Shown here piece by piece: positions 1 to 9,614 of a DNA stretch of 64,000 nt. Origin of the DNA: an uncultured Methanoregulaceae archaeon (GTDB lineage Archaea; Halobacteriota; Methanomicrobia; Methanomicrobiales; Methanospirillaceae); contig OY970343.1 of the NCBI GenBank assembly GCA_963717525.1, positions 1,696,001-1,760,000 on the forward strand. The letters run 5' to 3'. The notes beneath the pieces were generated by a model that saw nothing but the letters and a program-made list of their open reading frames with translations, was not told where the DNA came from and searched no databases. The position numbers were made by a program, and so were the translations under genes. Position 1 is the stretch's first letter. Each line of letters opens with the position of its first letter.

Positions 1-320
1 AGATGACCTTTTTTCACATGCTTTTCGAGTACCTTCATCCCCTTCGTTTTTGCGATCCAGTAATTGACCGAATCCCCTAGCACCGCGGCAGCACAGAGTG
101 TGATGATCAGGATCTCAACATTTAAAGAACCTGAGCTCGCAAACGCCCCTGCAATAAAGAGAAGCGAATCCCCGGGAAGAAAGGGAAATATCACAAAGCC
201 CGTTTCGGAAAAGATGAGCACAAAAAGGATCAGGTACGTCCAGAACCCATAGGTCTGGATAATACCCGGCAGGTACTTATCGATGTGAATAATGAGATAA
301 AAAAGAGTGGAGAGATCCAT
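1..320 (-). CDS. dedA: DedA/VTT-domain membrane protein (5' part; runs off window start)
   Basis: Manual translation from ATG at 320: MDLSTLFYLIIHIDKYLPGIIQTYGFWTYLILFVLIFSETGFVIFPFLPGDSLLFIAGA; contains the DedA signature 'FxETG...PFLPGDSLLF'. Confidence 0.9.
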   Translation of the reverse strand, partial: MDLSTLFYLIIHIDKYLPGIIQTYGFWTYLILFVLIFSETGFVIFPFLPGDSLLFIAGAFASSGSLNVEILIITLCAAAVLGDSVNYWIAKTKGMKVLEKHVKKGH

Positions 321-368
321 GGATAGTAACGATATACCTATCCGATAAATATAAGATTATCGCAACAA

Positions 369-447
369 GGTGCTGTTACATCTGCGGTTGGTGGCAGATA
401 TTACAAGTCTTAAGAATTTGTGTATCGACAGTAGACACACCAGAACC
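369..447. repeat. 79-bp inverted-repeat element, copy A (IS6-like ends, MITE-like)
   Basis: ggtgctgttacatctgcggttg...gtagacacaccagaacc; 60/79 ungapped identity to the copy at 11435 (hand count). Confidence 0.85.
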
Positions 448-471
448 GAAAAATAAAAAAGAGGATTTTAT

Positions 472-888
472 TTATATGGCTTTTTCGTGATTTGCATAGT
501 GAAGATCTTTACAATAATCATGTAAGTATCCGCCACAATACTTACACGTGCACACGACCTCATTTGTCAGATTATCAATAAGGCGCGTGTTGGATGATCC
601 CGTATGTTTGAGTAATTTATCCCCGCATTCAACGCAGCATATATCTTTTTCAGATATTCCTCCCTCCTCGAGATTCTTGAGATAACGACTGTATGCGGAA
701 CTCCCCAGTCCATCTTTATGTTTCTCGTTGTGCACTGCGGCACAAGCATCGTGAATAAACCCTCCACAAAACGGGCATATCCTTCTCTCTTTTTTGGATG
801 AACCAGGTTTATGGGGTACTATTTTACCGCCACATTCACCACAAAAAGCATTCAACCCGCTATCTGGCATCAACGTTTCTCTTGTCAT
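472..888 (-). CDS. Cys/His-rich protein with two tandem putative binuclear Zn-finger (B-box/AN1-like) motifs
   Basis: Two copies of C-x2-C-xn-C-x2-CGG-x2-H-x2-C-x3-H-x3-H. Confidence 0.7.
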   Translation of the reverse strand: MTRETLMPDSGLNAFCGECGGKIVPHKPGSSKKERRICPFCGGFIHDACAAVHNEKHKDGLGSSAYSRYLKNLEEGGISEKDICCVECGDKLLKHTGSSNTRLIDNLTNEVVCTCKYCGGYLHDYCKDLHYANHEKAI

Positions 889-935
889 ACAATCGGGACT
901 TTGTATTTTCTTAAGACATATAGTTTATTAAAACA

Positions 936-1015
936 GGGTCTGTTAACCTGTTAGGGAATTATCAAATTTCCAATGCCTGATAAACTATCCGATCCCACGT
1001 CAGGTTAACAGAACC
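936..1015. repeat. 80-bp inverted-repeat element, copy B (same termini, different core)
   Basis: gggtctgttaacctg...caggttaacagaacc, near-perfect 15-bp terminal IR. Confidence 0.75.
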
Positions 1016-1080
1016 AAAAAAAAGCAACCTTAAAATATCCCATGAGCAGAATTCACGTATAAACCCTGAGGTAGATTAGT

Positions 1081-1695
1081 ATGCCTGAAACAACTGCTTC
1101 TCCGCAACCTTCTGCAGATGTGGAATTGGAAAAGGAACTGGAAGAATTACGTTGGTTTACCAATCCCGGACTCCATCCCTGGTGGGTCGTCCTTCTGTGG
1201 GGGATCCTTGCCGTTATCATCGGTATTATGTTCCTCGCATCTCCGGGCATTACAACGCTCGTCTTTGCCACATTCCTTGGTGCCTACTGGCTTGTCAGTG
1301 GTATCTTCTCGCTCATCAGTCTTGCCTTCGACAGGAGCCATATGGGATGGAAGATTTTTCTGGCAGTTCTCAACCTCATCGCGGGTCTCATCATCCTCTG
1401 TTACCCGCTGGTCTCCACCATCTTCCTGCTTCTGTTCTTTGTGGTCTTCATCGGGGTATGGGCGCTCTTTATCGGTGGTGCTCACCTCTATCATGCCTTT
1501 ACCTTTAAGGATGCGGGAAACGGCATCCTGGGAATCATCAGTATTATTTTCGGTCTCCTGCTCCTTCTCTACCCGCTGGTCTCAGCCGCGCTCGTTCCTT
1601 TCATTGCCGGGATCTTCGCTATTGTAATTGGTATCATTGCCATGGTGGCCTCGTTCAAGGTAAAGGGGACACCCTCCCCTCAGGCGACTGCCTGA
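1081..1695 (+). CDS. HdeD/DUF308 family membrane protein
   Basis: About six TM segments with repeated 'GILAVIIG...P' pattern typical of HdeD/DUF308. Confidence 0.85.
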   Translation: MPETTASPQPSADVELEKELEELRWFTNPGLHPWWVVLLWGILAVIIGIMFLASPGITTLVFATFLGAYWLVSGIFSLISLAFDRSHMGWKIFLAVLNLIAGLIILCYPLVSTIFLLLFFVVFIGVWALFIGGAHLYHAFTFKDAGNGILGIISIIFGLLLLLYPLVSAALVPFIAGIFAIVIGIIAMVASFKVKGTPSPQATA

Positions 1696-1884
1696 TACTC
1701 ATCTTTTTTTATTGCCTGTTCATAGCATGGGACGATTGCCAGACAGGGAAAAAACTGGATTCTACGATCAGGGTTCAGAAAACCCGCCTCTTTCCCCACC
1801 CTCTATTTTTGGTTCAGTCACGGCTAAGTATCCCCGCTCCCAATCCTCTTTCACCCAACGGCGCCCGAGGGTGGAGTAAAAGAA

Positions 1885-2388
1885 ATGACTGACTTTGTTC
1901 AGACAAGCGAAATCAAGCATGCGGTTCGGAAACTTTCGAACCCGATCGAGGATGCGGTGACGTTCAATAACGTCGTCCAGTCCGTGATCGCTGCGAACCC
2001 CTTCGGGTGTGTATCGTATATGACCGCCGGCGAGAACCATCCCGCCGTGGAAAAGACCAGGGAAGCGTATACCGCGAAGATCGTCTACCAGGACAACGAC
2101 GCCAGGATCTGCGGCACGGGCACGCACCGGTTCATGAGCCTCGGCGGCTATAACAACGGCTCAGCCGCCATTCTCGCAAATGCTGCCCTCTCAACCGCAC
2201 ACGGGGGCATAGCCGCCCACGACTTCGACAGCGACACCTGGTCCGCGAACCTCAAGTGTCACGATCCCAACGGCGAGATCTACAATGTCGTGCTCTCCCG
2301 GGACCAGGTTATCCTGACATCCTATGAATCCGAGGATATCCGCACAAAGGTTGAGACCTGGGCCGACAGCGTGCCGGAACTGGCCTGA
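1885..2388 (+). CDS. Hypothetical protein (167 aa), first gene of a 4-gene module
   Basis: Clean ORF with GGAG upstream and strong codon bias; no recognisable motif. Confidence 0.8.
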   Translation: MTDFVQTSEIKHAVRKLSNPIEDAVTFNNVVQSVIAANPFGCVSYMTAGENHPAVEKTREAYTAKIVYQDNDARICGTGTHRFMSLGGYNNGSAAILANAALSTAHGGIAAHDFDSDTWSANLKCHDPNGEIYNVVLSRDQVILTSYESEDIRTKVETWADSVPELA

Positions 2389-2398
2389 ATTATCGACG

Positions 2399-2447
2399 AA
2401 ACGGCAGGAGACCGGGACCTTTCCGGTCAACCCTCTCCCTGCCGTTT
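2399..2447 (+). other. Intergenic nested stem-loop followed by T-run (terminator/attenuator or RNA-stability element)
   Basis: aaacggcagg (2399-2408) pairs with cctgccgttt (2438-2447); inner gaccgg/ccggtc stem. Confidence 0.55.
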
Positions 2448-2466
2448 TTCGCGGAGGGCCTCAAGA

Positions 2467-2628
2467 ATGGATATCGAATTTTCAATTATTGCCGGGCTCG
2501 TCCTCCCACTCTATCCCCTGCTGTTTGCCATCTACCAGAAAATTGGCAGGTACGATGAGATCGTCGAGGAGTTCAAGAAACTCCGGGACGAGCACCAGAA
2601 TTACCGGGAGAAGTACCATGGAACGTAA
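2467..2628 (+). CDS. Small membrane-anchored coiled-coil protein (53 aa; not in ORF track)
   Basis: MDIEFSIIAGLVLPLYPLLFAIYQKIGRYDEIVEEFKKLRDEHQNYREKYHGT; GGAGG upstream; overlaps next ATG. Confidence 0.7.
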   Translation: MDIEFSIIAGLVLPLYPLLFAIYQKIGRYDEIVEEFKKLRDEHQNYREKYHGT

Positions 2629-3118
2629 AATTGATACTGCACCAGAGGAGGACCGGGCACCTCGTCCGGTCGCCCGGGTCACCGGCCTGTACCGGGGCAC
2701 ATTCGCCGGGCTTGTCCCGCTCACCGTAAAAACCCCGCTGACACCGGACCAGGTGCGCCGGAACCCGATCTTCTACGAACTCGACCTGAACCACGAGTAT
2801 GCGGACGAGAACCTCATTATCGACCTCGTGTACGACAACCTTTCACCGCGCCGGCTGCCGGACCTTTTCCGGGGAACCGACATCCCCCGGGGCATCCGGT
2901 TCTGGCCGGACTGGTTTACCATCCCGCCCTATGACGAGATGCACGACCTCGACGGCCGCCGGGTATATCCCAGAGCGCCCGGCATCCACACCGTGCAGGT
3001 CCGGACTGCCTGCCGGAAGTTTGCACAGATAGGAAGGAGCCGGGATTTCTCACCGGAGAATGGCGGCTCCACGAGCCCGGTCTTCGAGATTATGATCGCC
3101 GGTGACGATCATGTTTGA
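2618..3118 (+). CDS. Hypothetical protein (166 aa from MERKID...)
   Basis: 3' part of ORF 2324..3118; overlaps both neighbours, consistent with translational coupling. Confidence 0.7.
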   Translation: MERKIDTAPEEDRAPRPVARVTGLYRGTFAGLVPLTVKTPLTPDQVRRNPIFYELDLNHEYADENLIIDLVYDNLSPRRLPDLFRGTDIPRGIRFWPDWFTIPPYDEMHDLDGRRVYPRAPGIHTVQVRTACRKFAQIGRSRDFSPENGGSTSPVFEIMIAGDDHV

Positions 3119-3695
3119 GAACGAGACACAGACCCGGTGCGCCATCTGCGGCACCGGGGTCCTCCTCGGCGCAATCTTTCTTTTTGCACATTTCCCGGTC
3201 ATCCTGCTGGTGGTGCCGGTCGCGGTGCTCTTCCTCGGTCTTGTTGCCGACCCGGAGGAGACCCACGCGGTCTGGTACGGGATGCTTTCCACGATCGGCA
3301 TCTTTGACCTGTCCGCACTGACGGATGCAGAGCGGTCGTACTACGCTGAGAAACGGCATTATTTCTGGTTCGGCGAGGTCGCGATGGCCTCAGTGCTGGC
3401 CGATATGTTTGCCATCCCGGCCGGGATCTTCCTTGCGGGCCGGGCGGAGATGACCCTTGCATTCATCGGAGCGACGGTCCTCTTCCTGCCGCTCTTCGTG
3501 TTCCTGCCGAAGCTGATCCAGAGAGCGATGAAAGCGGACGTGGATGCCGCGATCAAGACATTCGGCAAGAACGAACAGGTGAAAAAGGTATTCTGGACTA
3601 TGTTCGTCGCTATGGCCGGACTGATGCTCGCCCGGGTCCTGGATCCGGCAACGGCGCAGCAGGTCGTGGGGGTGATCATGGGAATGGGTGGGTAA
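3111..3695 (+). CDS. Hypothetical multi-pass membrane protein
   Basis: Several hydrophobic segments; followed by a poly-T tract at about 3699-3708. Confidence 0.75.
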   Translation: MFENETQTRCAICGTGVLLGAIFLFAHFPVILLVVPVAVLFLGLVADPEETHAVWYGMLSTIGIFDLSALTDAERSYYAEKRHYFWFGEVAMASVLADMFAIPAGIFLAGRAEMTLAFIGATVLFLPLFVFLPKLIQRAMKADVDAAIKTFGKNEQVKKVFWTMFVAMAGLMLARVLDPATAQQVVGVIMGMGG

Positions 3696-3754
3696 ATTCT
3701 TTTTTTTTACACGATTCCCCTTTTCATCGTTACGAAAACTTTACCGATGAGGGG

Positions 3755-4228
3755 TTATGAAAAATCTGTTTTCATCTGGTGACCCGCTTCACCAGATTGA
3801 GAGAAGCTCGAGTTCATACAGTATCTCTGGTTAGTCGGCGGCGGGCCGTCATTGAAAACATGCCCCAGGTGAGCTTCGCACCGGGCGCACAGGACTTCTA
3901 CGCGGTGCATTCCGAACTTATGGTCTTCTGATGTTGTCACATTCTCCTTGGCTATCGGCGCTGAGAAACTTGGCCAGCCCGTCCCGGACTCAAACTTGTC
4001 CCGGGAATCAAAGAGATCTGTCCCGCAGCACGCACACTGGAAGATGCCGTCATCATGGGTGTCATGATATGCACCGGTGAATGCGGGTTCTGTACCTTGT
4101 CTGCGTGCGACTTCAAAGATCTGGGCAGGGAGAATCGATCTCCACTCTTCTTCAGTCTTCTTAATGGGCTCGACAAATTCAACCTTTCCGGTCGCAGCTG
4201 AGTAAATGGGGATTTTTCCGTTTGTCAT
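3755..4228 (-). CDS. msrB: Peptide-methionine (R)-S-oxide reductase MsrB (apparent 1-bp frameshift near C-term)
   Basis: GTEPAFTG, CACC, KFESGTGWPSF, HLGHVFNDGP, RYCMNS motifs; the alternative frame continues ...NSASLNLVKRVTR*. Confidence 0.95.
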   Translation of the reverse strand: MTNGKIPIYSAATGKVEFVEPIKKTEEEWRSILPAQIFEVARRQGTEPAFTGAYHDTHDDGIFQCACCGTDLFDSRDKFESGTGWPSFSAPIAKENVTTSEDHKFGMHRVEVLCARCEAHLGHVFNDGPPPTNQRYCMNSSFSQSGEAGHQMKTDFS

Positions 4229-4331
4229 AATCGCTCCAGCATGAATCTTGTAAGGGTAGCACCGGGAGATAAATCCTGTGGTGGCTATTCGCCAGTTCCC
4301 GGTGAAAGTACAGGCTCCCGGTGACCGCCTT

Positions 4332-5105
4332 TCACTTCCCGGGGATAATTTTCAGCAGGGTCTCCATTTTCTTTCGGTCAAACCCGATGATGAACTCGTT
4401 CCCGATCTGGACGACCGGTGATCCGATATGACCAGTTTTCTCAATGACGAGGTTTCTAGCCTCTTCATCCGCAGCCATATTAATCTCAACAAATTTTACA
4501 TTCTTACTGGTGAGATACTCTTTAACCGCTCGGCAACCGGAGCATCCCGGTGTTGCATAGACCCGCACCTCTTGTGATTCGTCCCACGTTTTGTCAATGA
4601 AACCTTCGCGGCCGGAAAGGATCTTGTATTCCTTGTATCGTCCCGGATTTTTCCTGTCGTAATCCTGGTGGTAATCCTCAGCAGGGTAGAATGTTGTGTA
4701 TTGCCGGATTTCCGTTGCCACCGGTTTGTTGAATTTGCCGGAATCATTCAGCTTTTTCTTCGAATTTTCCGCGATTCGCTTCTGCTCCTCATCGTGGTAG
4801 AAAATGGCTGTATGGTACTGGGATCCCTTGTCAGCAAACTGGCCATCGGAATCAGTAGGGTCGATCTGGCGCCAGAATACATCGAGGAGTTTCTCGTATG
4901 TGACTTTCTCCGGGTTGTACGTTACCTGCACTGCCTCAAGGTATCCTGTCGAACCTGACGAGACTTCATCGTAGGTCGGGTTCGGTTTCGTGCCGCCGGC
5001 ATACCCGGCGACCGAGTCAATTACTCCATCTGTCATCCTGAACGGGGGCTGCATACACCAGAAGCAGCCACCGGCAAATGTTGCCTTCATCTGTTTGTTG
5101 TCCAT
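4332..5105 (-). CDS. msrA: MsrA fused to a C-terminal glutaredoxin/NrdH-like domain
   Basis: FAGGCFWC active site, AEDYHQDY; C-terminal YATPGCSGC...GSPVV...IIGFD. Confidence 0.95.
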   Translation of the reverse strand: MDNKQMKATFAGGCFWCMQPPFRMTDGVIDSVAGYAGGTKPNPTYDEVSSGSTGYLEAVQVTYNPEKVTYEKLLDVFWRQIDPTDSDGQFADKGSQYHTAIFYHDEEQKRIAENSKKKLNDSGKFNKPVATEIRQYTTFYPAEDYHQDYDRKNPGRYKEYKILSGREGFIDKTWDESQEVRVYATPGCSGCRAVKEYLTSKNVKFVEINMAADEEARNLVIEKTGHIGSPVVQIGNEFIIGFDRKKMETLLKIIPGK

Positions 5106-5205
5106 GATATCATCCTCGATTATTAACCAAATGTTAATGCAAATGCCAGGAATCCCGGCAGCGGAATGTCCAGCTCCAGCATATGTTCTCCATAGTCAGT
5201 CCCTG

Positions 5206-5847
5206 CTATGTCGCCGTCGTATTAGTGGTGTTGGTCTGTGTCTCCAGTACCTCAGCCCGCTCTTTCAGAAGATCCTGAATCTTCGCCTCGGTCGTATCAT
5301 AGTTTCCCGCACCGAAATTGTGGTAGACGATGAAACCATTGACATCGATAAGGTAATCCGCAGGCCAGTACTCATTGCCGTAAGATCCCCATGTTGCGTA
5401 ATCATTGTCGAGCACGACCGGGTATTTTATACCATATTTCTCTACAGCCTGCCGGACATTGCTGATGTCATGCTCGAACGGAGTTTCCGGGGTATGGATA
5501 CCGATGATCTCAAGACCCTGGTCATGGTACTTGTCGTACCACGTGTTCAGGTACGGGATCTCCATTTGGCAATCGATGCAGTTGAACGTCCAGAAGTGAA
5601 CGAGGATAACTTTCTTCCCGATCAGGCTCCCGATAGTGATGTTGTCAACATTCACGAATCCCGACGGTTCGGCGATTTCCTGTGCGGACGGGTATATCAT
5701 AGCCTCCGCCGGATTGCTTGAAATGTTTACCTCTGGAATGACCGGCGTACCGGTGTACGATTTTGAAGGAGTGAACCGCCCGAAGAATACGATGGCCGCT
5801 GCAATGAAAATCAGCGCTGCGATGAGTGCAATGGTTCGTTCTTCCAT
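5206..5847 (-). CDS. Membrane-anchored TlpA/DipZ-type redoxin
   Basis: N-terminal TM, FWTFNCIDC, GIHTPE, YWPA motifs; paralog of the upstream gene's N-terminal domain. Confidence 0.9.
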   Translation of the reverse strand: MEERTIALIAALIFIAAAIVFFGRFTPSKSYTGTPVIPEVNISSNPAEAMIYPSAQEIAEPSGFVNVDNITIGSLIGKKVILVHFWTFNCIDCQMEIPYLNTWYDKYHDQGLEIIGIHTPETPFEHDISNVRQAVEKYGIKYPVVLDNDYATWGSYGNEYWPADYLIDVNGFIVYHNFGAGNYDTTEAKIQDLLKERAEVLETQTNTTNTTAT

Positions 5848-5849
5848 GA

Positions 5850-6950
5850 TTATCCAAAGGTAAACGTATACGCCTGCAGTCCCGGCTGTGGGATGTCCAG
5901 CTCCAGCGTGTGCACTCCGTAGTCCGTACCTGCTACGAGCTGGTACAGCCGCTCGTCACTGATCGTTGCAACCCCCCCGGTGACATCCGGCCCACCGATA
6001 GCAACAGCAGGTTTGCCGTCAACCACGACGCTTACTTTCGTGGCATTGCTTGCGCTCGCGACGAAATAGACGTTCTTTGCATGGTACTGGAAGACAACGC
6101 TATTATTTCCTGTTGTCTCGGCATACTGGTCGCTAAAGTTCCAGGTCCCTCCCAGGTAAAGTGTATTCGAGGAGATCGAACCGGGCAGCACCAGTGTCTG
6201 CATGCCGTTCACCGATTGGTTTCCATTCCCCAGGTACTGGTTCTGTGCAGATCCAAAGTAGGTCTCCGGACTGCTGACCTTAGAGAAATCCACACTGACG
6301 GCATTCGCAGGTACCGATGTCGTGTTGGAGATGTTGACCTGGATCCCGAGTGCCTGTGCCCGCTCCCGTAAGAGATTCTGGATCTCCATTTCCGTTGTGT
6401 TGTAGTTACCCTCACCAATGTTGCGGTCGACAATAAATCCATCAATGTCGATAAGGTAGTCCTCAGGCCAGTACTGGTTCCCGTAGGAATCCCATGTCGC
6501 GTAATTGTTGTCGAGAACGACCGGATATTTGATACCGAATTTCTGGACCGCCATCCGGACATTGTTGATATCGTGCTCGAACTGGAACTCCGGAGTATGG
6601 ACTCCTATAATCTCAAGGCCCTGGTCATGGTATTCTGAGTACCATGTGTTCAGGTACGGGATCGTGCGTTCGCAGTTGATGCAGCTGTATGTCCAGAAAT
6701 CCACCAGGATGACATCTTTGCCTATCAGGCTCCCGATAGTGATGTTATCCACATTCACGAACCCTGAAGGATCTGCGATCTCTTTTGCGTACGGGTAGAG
6801 TTTCGCCTTTTCAGCATTGATTGCAGTCCGGTTACCCGGTGCCACCGAAGTTCCTGTATAGGATCTGTTCGGACTGAACTGTTGGACGTACACAATAGTC
6901 CCTGCTATCAGGATCAACACGATTATCAGTACAATTGTCCTTTTTTCCAT
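5850..6950 (-). CDS. DipZ-like membrane-anchored redoxin with C-terminal beta domain
   Basis: FWTYSCINC, GVHTPEF, SPETYFG, terminal 'YTFTFG' typical of DipZ. Confidence 0.9.
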   Translation of the reverse strand: MEKRTIVLIIVLILIAGTIVYVQQFSPNRSYTGTSVAPGNRTAINAEKAKLYPYAKEIADPSGFVNVDNITIGSLIGKDVILVDFWTYSCINCERTIPYLNTWYSEYHDQGLEIIGVHTPEFQFEHDINNVRMAVQKFGIKYPVVLDNNYATWDSYGNQYWPEDYLIDIDGFIVDRNIGEGNYNTTEMEIQNLLRERAQALGIQVNISNTTSVPANAVSVDFSKVSSPETYFGSAQNQYLGNGNQSVNGMQTLVLPGSISSNTLYLGGTWNFSDQYAETTGNNSVVFQYHAKNVYFVASASNATKVSVVVDGKPAVAIGGPDVTGGVATISDERLYQLVAGTDYGVHTLELDIPQPGLQAYTFTFG

Positions 6951-6954
6951 CAGG

Positions 6955-7663
6955 TCAGCTCCCTAAAATGTATCCGTTGATCATGGTCAGATCAGCGATG
7001 AGTCCGAGCGTTTGTGTGAAGATCAGGATACCGAGAACGATCAGGAGAGCCCCAAAGATGATGTTGATGTATCCCAGGACCCGGGAATATTTGTTAATCC
7101 ACACGACTGCCTGGGATGCAAAAAGCCCGGTGATGATGAAGGGCAGGCCGAGACCGAGCGAGTATGCCAGCAAGAGTGTGAATGCGAGTGACGGCTGCGA
7201 CGCTGCAAGCCCGAGAATTGCCCCCAGTGCCGCTCCGACACAAGGCGTCCATCCGACAGCGAATGCAACACCGAAGAGAAATGCAGTGACATATTTCGAT
7301 TTGATCCCGGTCACCCGGAATTTATATTCCTTCTCAAGCCAGCTGACCCGGATCAGCCCCATAAGGTACAGGCCGAAGAAGATGATGATCAGCCCTCCCG
7401 CCCGGGACAGCCAGACCTGAACGTCAGAAGCGACTGATGTCAGGATCGTATTGAGCAGGACACCGAGGATAGCGAAAACAACCGAGAACCCGACAACAAA
7501 GAGAATGCTCGCGATAAGGATGTCCCACCGTTTCGCGGCGCCTTCCCGGACTGTAGGTACCGGCAAGATAGACGAGGAAACCCGGCACCAGCGGGAGGAC
7601 ACATGGAGCGAGGAACGAGACGATTCCGGCACCGAATGCAACAAGATAGGATACTTCAACCAT
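6955..7663 (-). CDS. ccdA: CcdA/DsbD-beta thiol-disulfide transporter (frameshift near 7560)
   Basis: N-term AFGAGIVSFLAPCVLPLVP (ORF 7424..7663) joins GWTPCVG...YSLGLGLPF (ORF 6955..7659). Confidence 0.9.
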
Positions 7664-8023
7664 AAATCAACTCAGGTAAAGGAGAAACGGCAAGATTAAC
7701 CGGACTTATTCTCCTGTATTTTTACAAGTTCCATCGGTTCGTTATGACAGATGAGTTCCCCGCCCCCTGACTCTTTTACAACCACAACGTTCCCACAAAT
7801 ATTGCACCGATATACTTCTCCAGCTTTATCGACGTTTACCACGTGTTTGCCTCCGAATGCCCTTAGGGTGAAAATTCATAAGTGGAATATACTATTTATA
7901 TCCTAGGATACAGCTATTCCCTCAGCAGAGAGAGGAGCGCTAGCGGCGGTGCATGACAACACGGCATTAAAATTTAATTCGCTACCCGGAATTCAGAGGA
8001 CTATCCTAAACAATCCAGACTTT

Positions 8024-8773
8024 TCAAACTGAAAGCACCCTGTATAGCTCCACAATCGCGACCATTGTCTTGTATCCTTTGTCTGTGATGATGTAATCGC
8101 CACGCTCGTGGCGTTGGAGGATCATACCGGATTCCGTCAGTTTCCTGATGTGGAAGAGAAGGTTCCCACCTTTGAGGCCGGTCAACTGGGAGATCTCCGA
8201 GAAGGTCCGGGTCCCGGTTATAAGCGCCTTTACGATCTGGAACCGCTGGGCATTTGCAACAGGTTCAAGGATGTCATTTACCACAGCCTCATCAGGTATT
8301 TCAGCGACTAAATCCGCTGTATCGGGACTTTTTTGGTAGATTCCGAGTGTCTTCATCAATGAGACCTGCTTTTCGAAAAGTCGGCTAACTTCAGTAAAAC
8401 AGGTATCACACCGATCGTACGGCCCCTTCTTCCGGAGTGTCTTCATCTTTCCCCGGTACGACTGGATCAGCTCGTCAGAGATATTCCCCTCTGTGATATG
8501 CCGGGCAGAATTCTCCAAAAACTCCATGAATACCTCGTAACAGGTCTTCCGCATAGCACAATCCTCTACCATGCGGGCAGATAGATCGGCCTTCGCAGTA
8601 CCAATCTGGTTATCCGCGAACACTCCGGCATACTCTTTCTTAACATCTCCGAGTACTGCGTCCAGGTGCTGTTGGTTTGCCCGCTCGACAAACCGCTTCA
8701 AATCAGTGCGCAGACCTGTGATCTCCGTCTTTAGCTCGCGAATCTCGGTCATTGTCCCCAGTACTGCTCCCAT
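8024..8773 (-). CDS. Winged-helix (ArsR-like) regulator with N-terminal Cys-containing domain
   Basis: C-terminal EPVANAQRFQIVKAL...FSEISQLTGLKGGNLLFHIRKL...YIITDKG; CAMRKTC and CDTC; start uncertain. Confidence 0.8.
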   Translation of the reverse strand: MGAVLGTMTEIRELKTEITGLRTDLKRFVERANQQHLDAVLGDVKKEYAGVFADNQIGTAKADLSARMVEDCAMRKTCYEVFMEFLENSARHITEGNISDELIQSYRGKMKTLRKKGPYDRCDTCFTEVSRLFEKQVSLMKTLGIYQKSPDTADLVAEIPDEAVVNDILEPVANAQRFQIVKALITGTRTFSEISQLTGLKGGNLLFHIRKLTESGMILQRHERGDYIITDKGYKTMVAIVELYRVLSV

Positions 8774-8906
8774 ACTCTCCTCTCGTGTTTGATTGGAATG
8801 CTTATGACCATGCGGGTCATTTTTCTGTATCAAAGATACTTTGTGTATTTTTATGACCCTTATCTATATATTAACGACCCTGCAATGGATACCCGGTGAA
8901 AAAATT

Positions 8907-9152
8907 ATGACCAAATCAGTTAAGGAACAAATCCATGCACAGATCACAGGAGCACTCAAGGGAGCCAAATTCCCGGTAGCAACGCCAAAAGACCTGATTG
9001 CAGCATTCCCGAATGGTGCAGATACGACCTGCCAGGTCGGGGACCTGAAGATGACTGCCGGCGAGGCAGGAAAACTCCTGAAGGCATCGGACTTCCCGTT
9101 CAAGAGTGCAAAGGCTGTTGCTGACGTTATCGTCGAACGTGCAGGGTTGTAA
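8907..9152 (+). CDS. MTH865 family protein
   Basis: GAKFPV.TP..L..AFPNGADTTC...DFPFKS pattern. Confidence 0.85.
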   Translation: MTKSVKEQIHAQITGALKGAKFPVATPKDLIAAFPNGADTTCQVGDLKMTAGEAGKLLKASDFPFKSAKAVADVIVERAGL

Positions 9153-9188
9153 TCCCTTGGACAATCGCTCATTACCGGTGAATTTACT

Positions 9189-9593
9189 ATGGCAAAATTA
9201 ACCGCAGAGATGAAAGAAGCGTTTGGTAAGATGAAGATCTTCCCGGTTGCGACTGCATCAAAAGACGGTACTCCAAACGTGGTTCCTATCGGGGTCGTCG
9301 AACTCGTCAGCGATGATACGATCTGGATCACGGACAACTTCATGCACAAGTCGCTTGAGAACCTTGCGGCTAACCCGAAGATTGCGCTCTATATCTGGGG
9401 CCCGGAGATCAAGGGCTGCTTCCAGATCAAGGGTCATGCGACGGTCAAGACCAGCGGCAAGGATTTCGACGAAATGAAGGTAAAGATGAACAAAAAGAAT
9501 CCCGCTATGCCCGCACGTTCCCTTATCATTGTAAAGATCACCGATGTATTCGAATGCCAGCCGGGACAAAACGCAGGAAAGAAACTCCTTTAA
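9189..9593 (+). CDS. Pyridoxamine 5'-phosphate oxidase-like FMN-binding protein
   Basis: ATASKDGTPNVVP, NPKIAL, FQIKG, PG.NAGKKL motifs. Confidence 0.9.
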   Translation: MAKLTAEMKEAFGKMKIFPVATASKDGTPNVVPIGVVELVSDDTIWITDNFMHKSLENLAANPKIALYIWGPEIKGCFQIKGHATVKTSGKDFDEMKVKMNKKNPAMPARSLIIVKITDVFECQPGQNAGKKLL

Positions 9594-9614
9594 AGCATAT
9601 GAGGAAAAACGAAC

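Noticed and set aside
7745..7785. gatgagttcccc...tgactcttttac resembling a fluoride riboswitch
   Set aside because: The required stem pairing is absent and there is no crcB/fluc gene downstream
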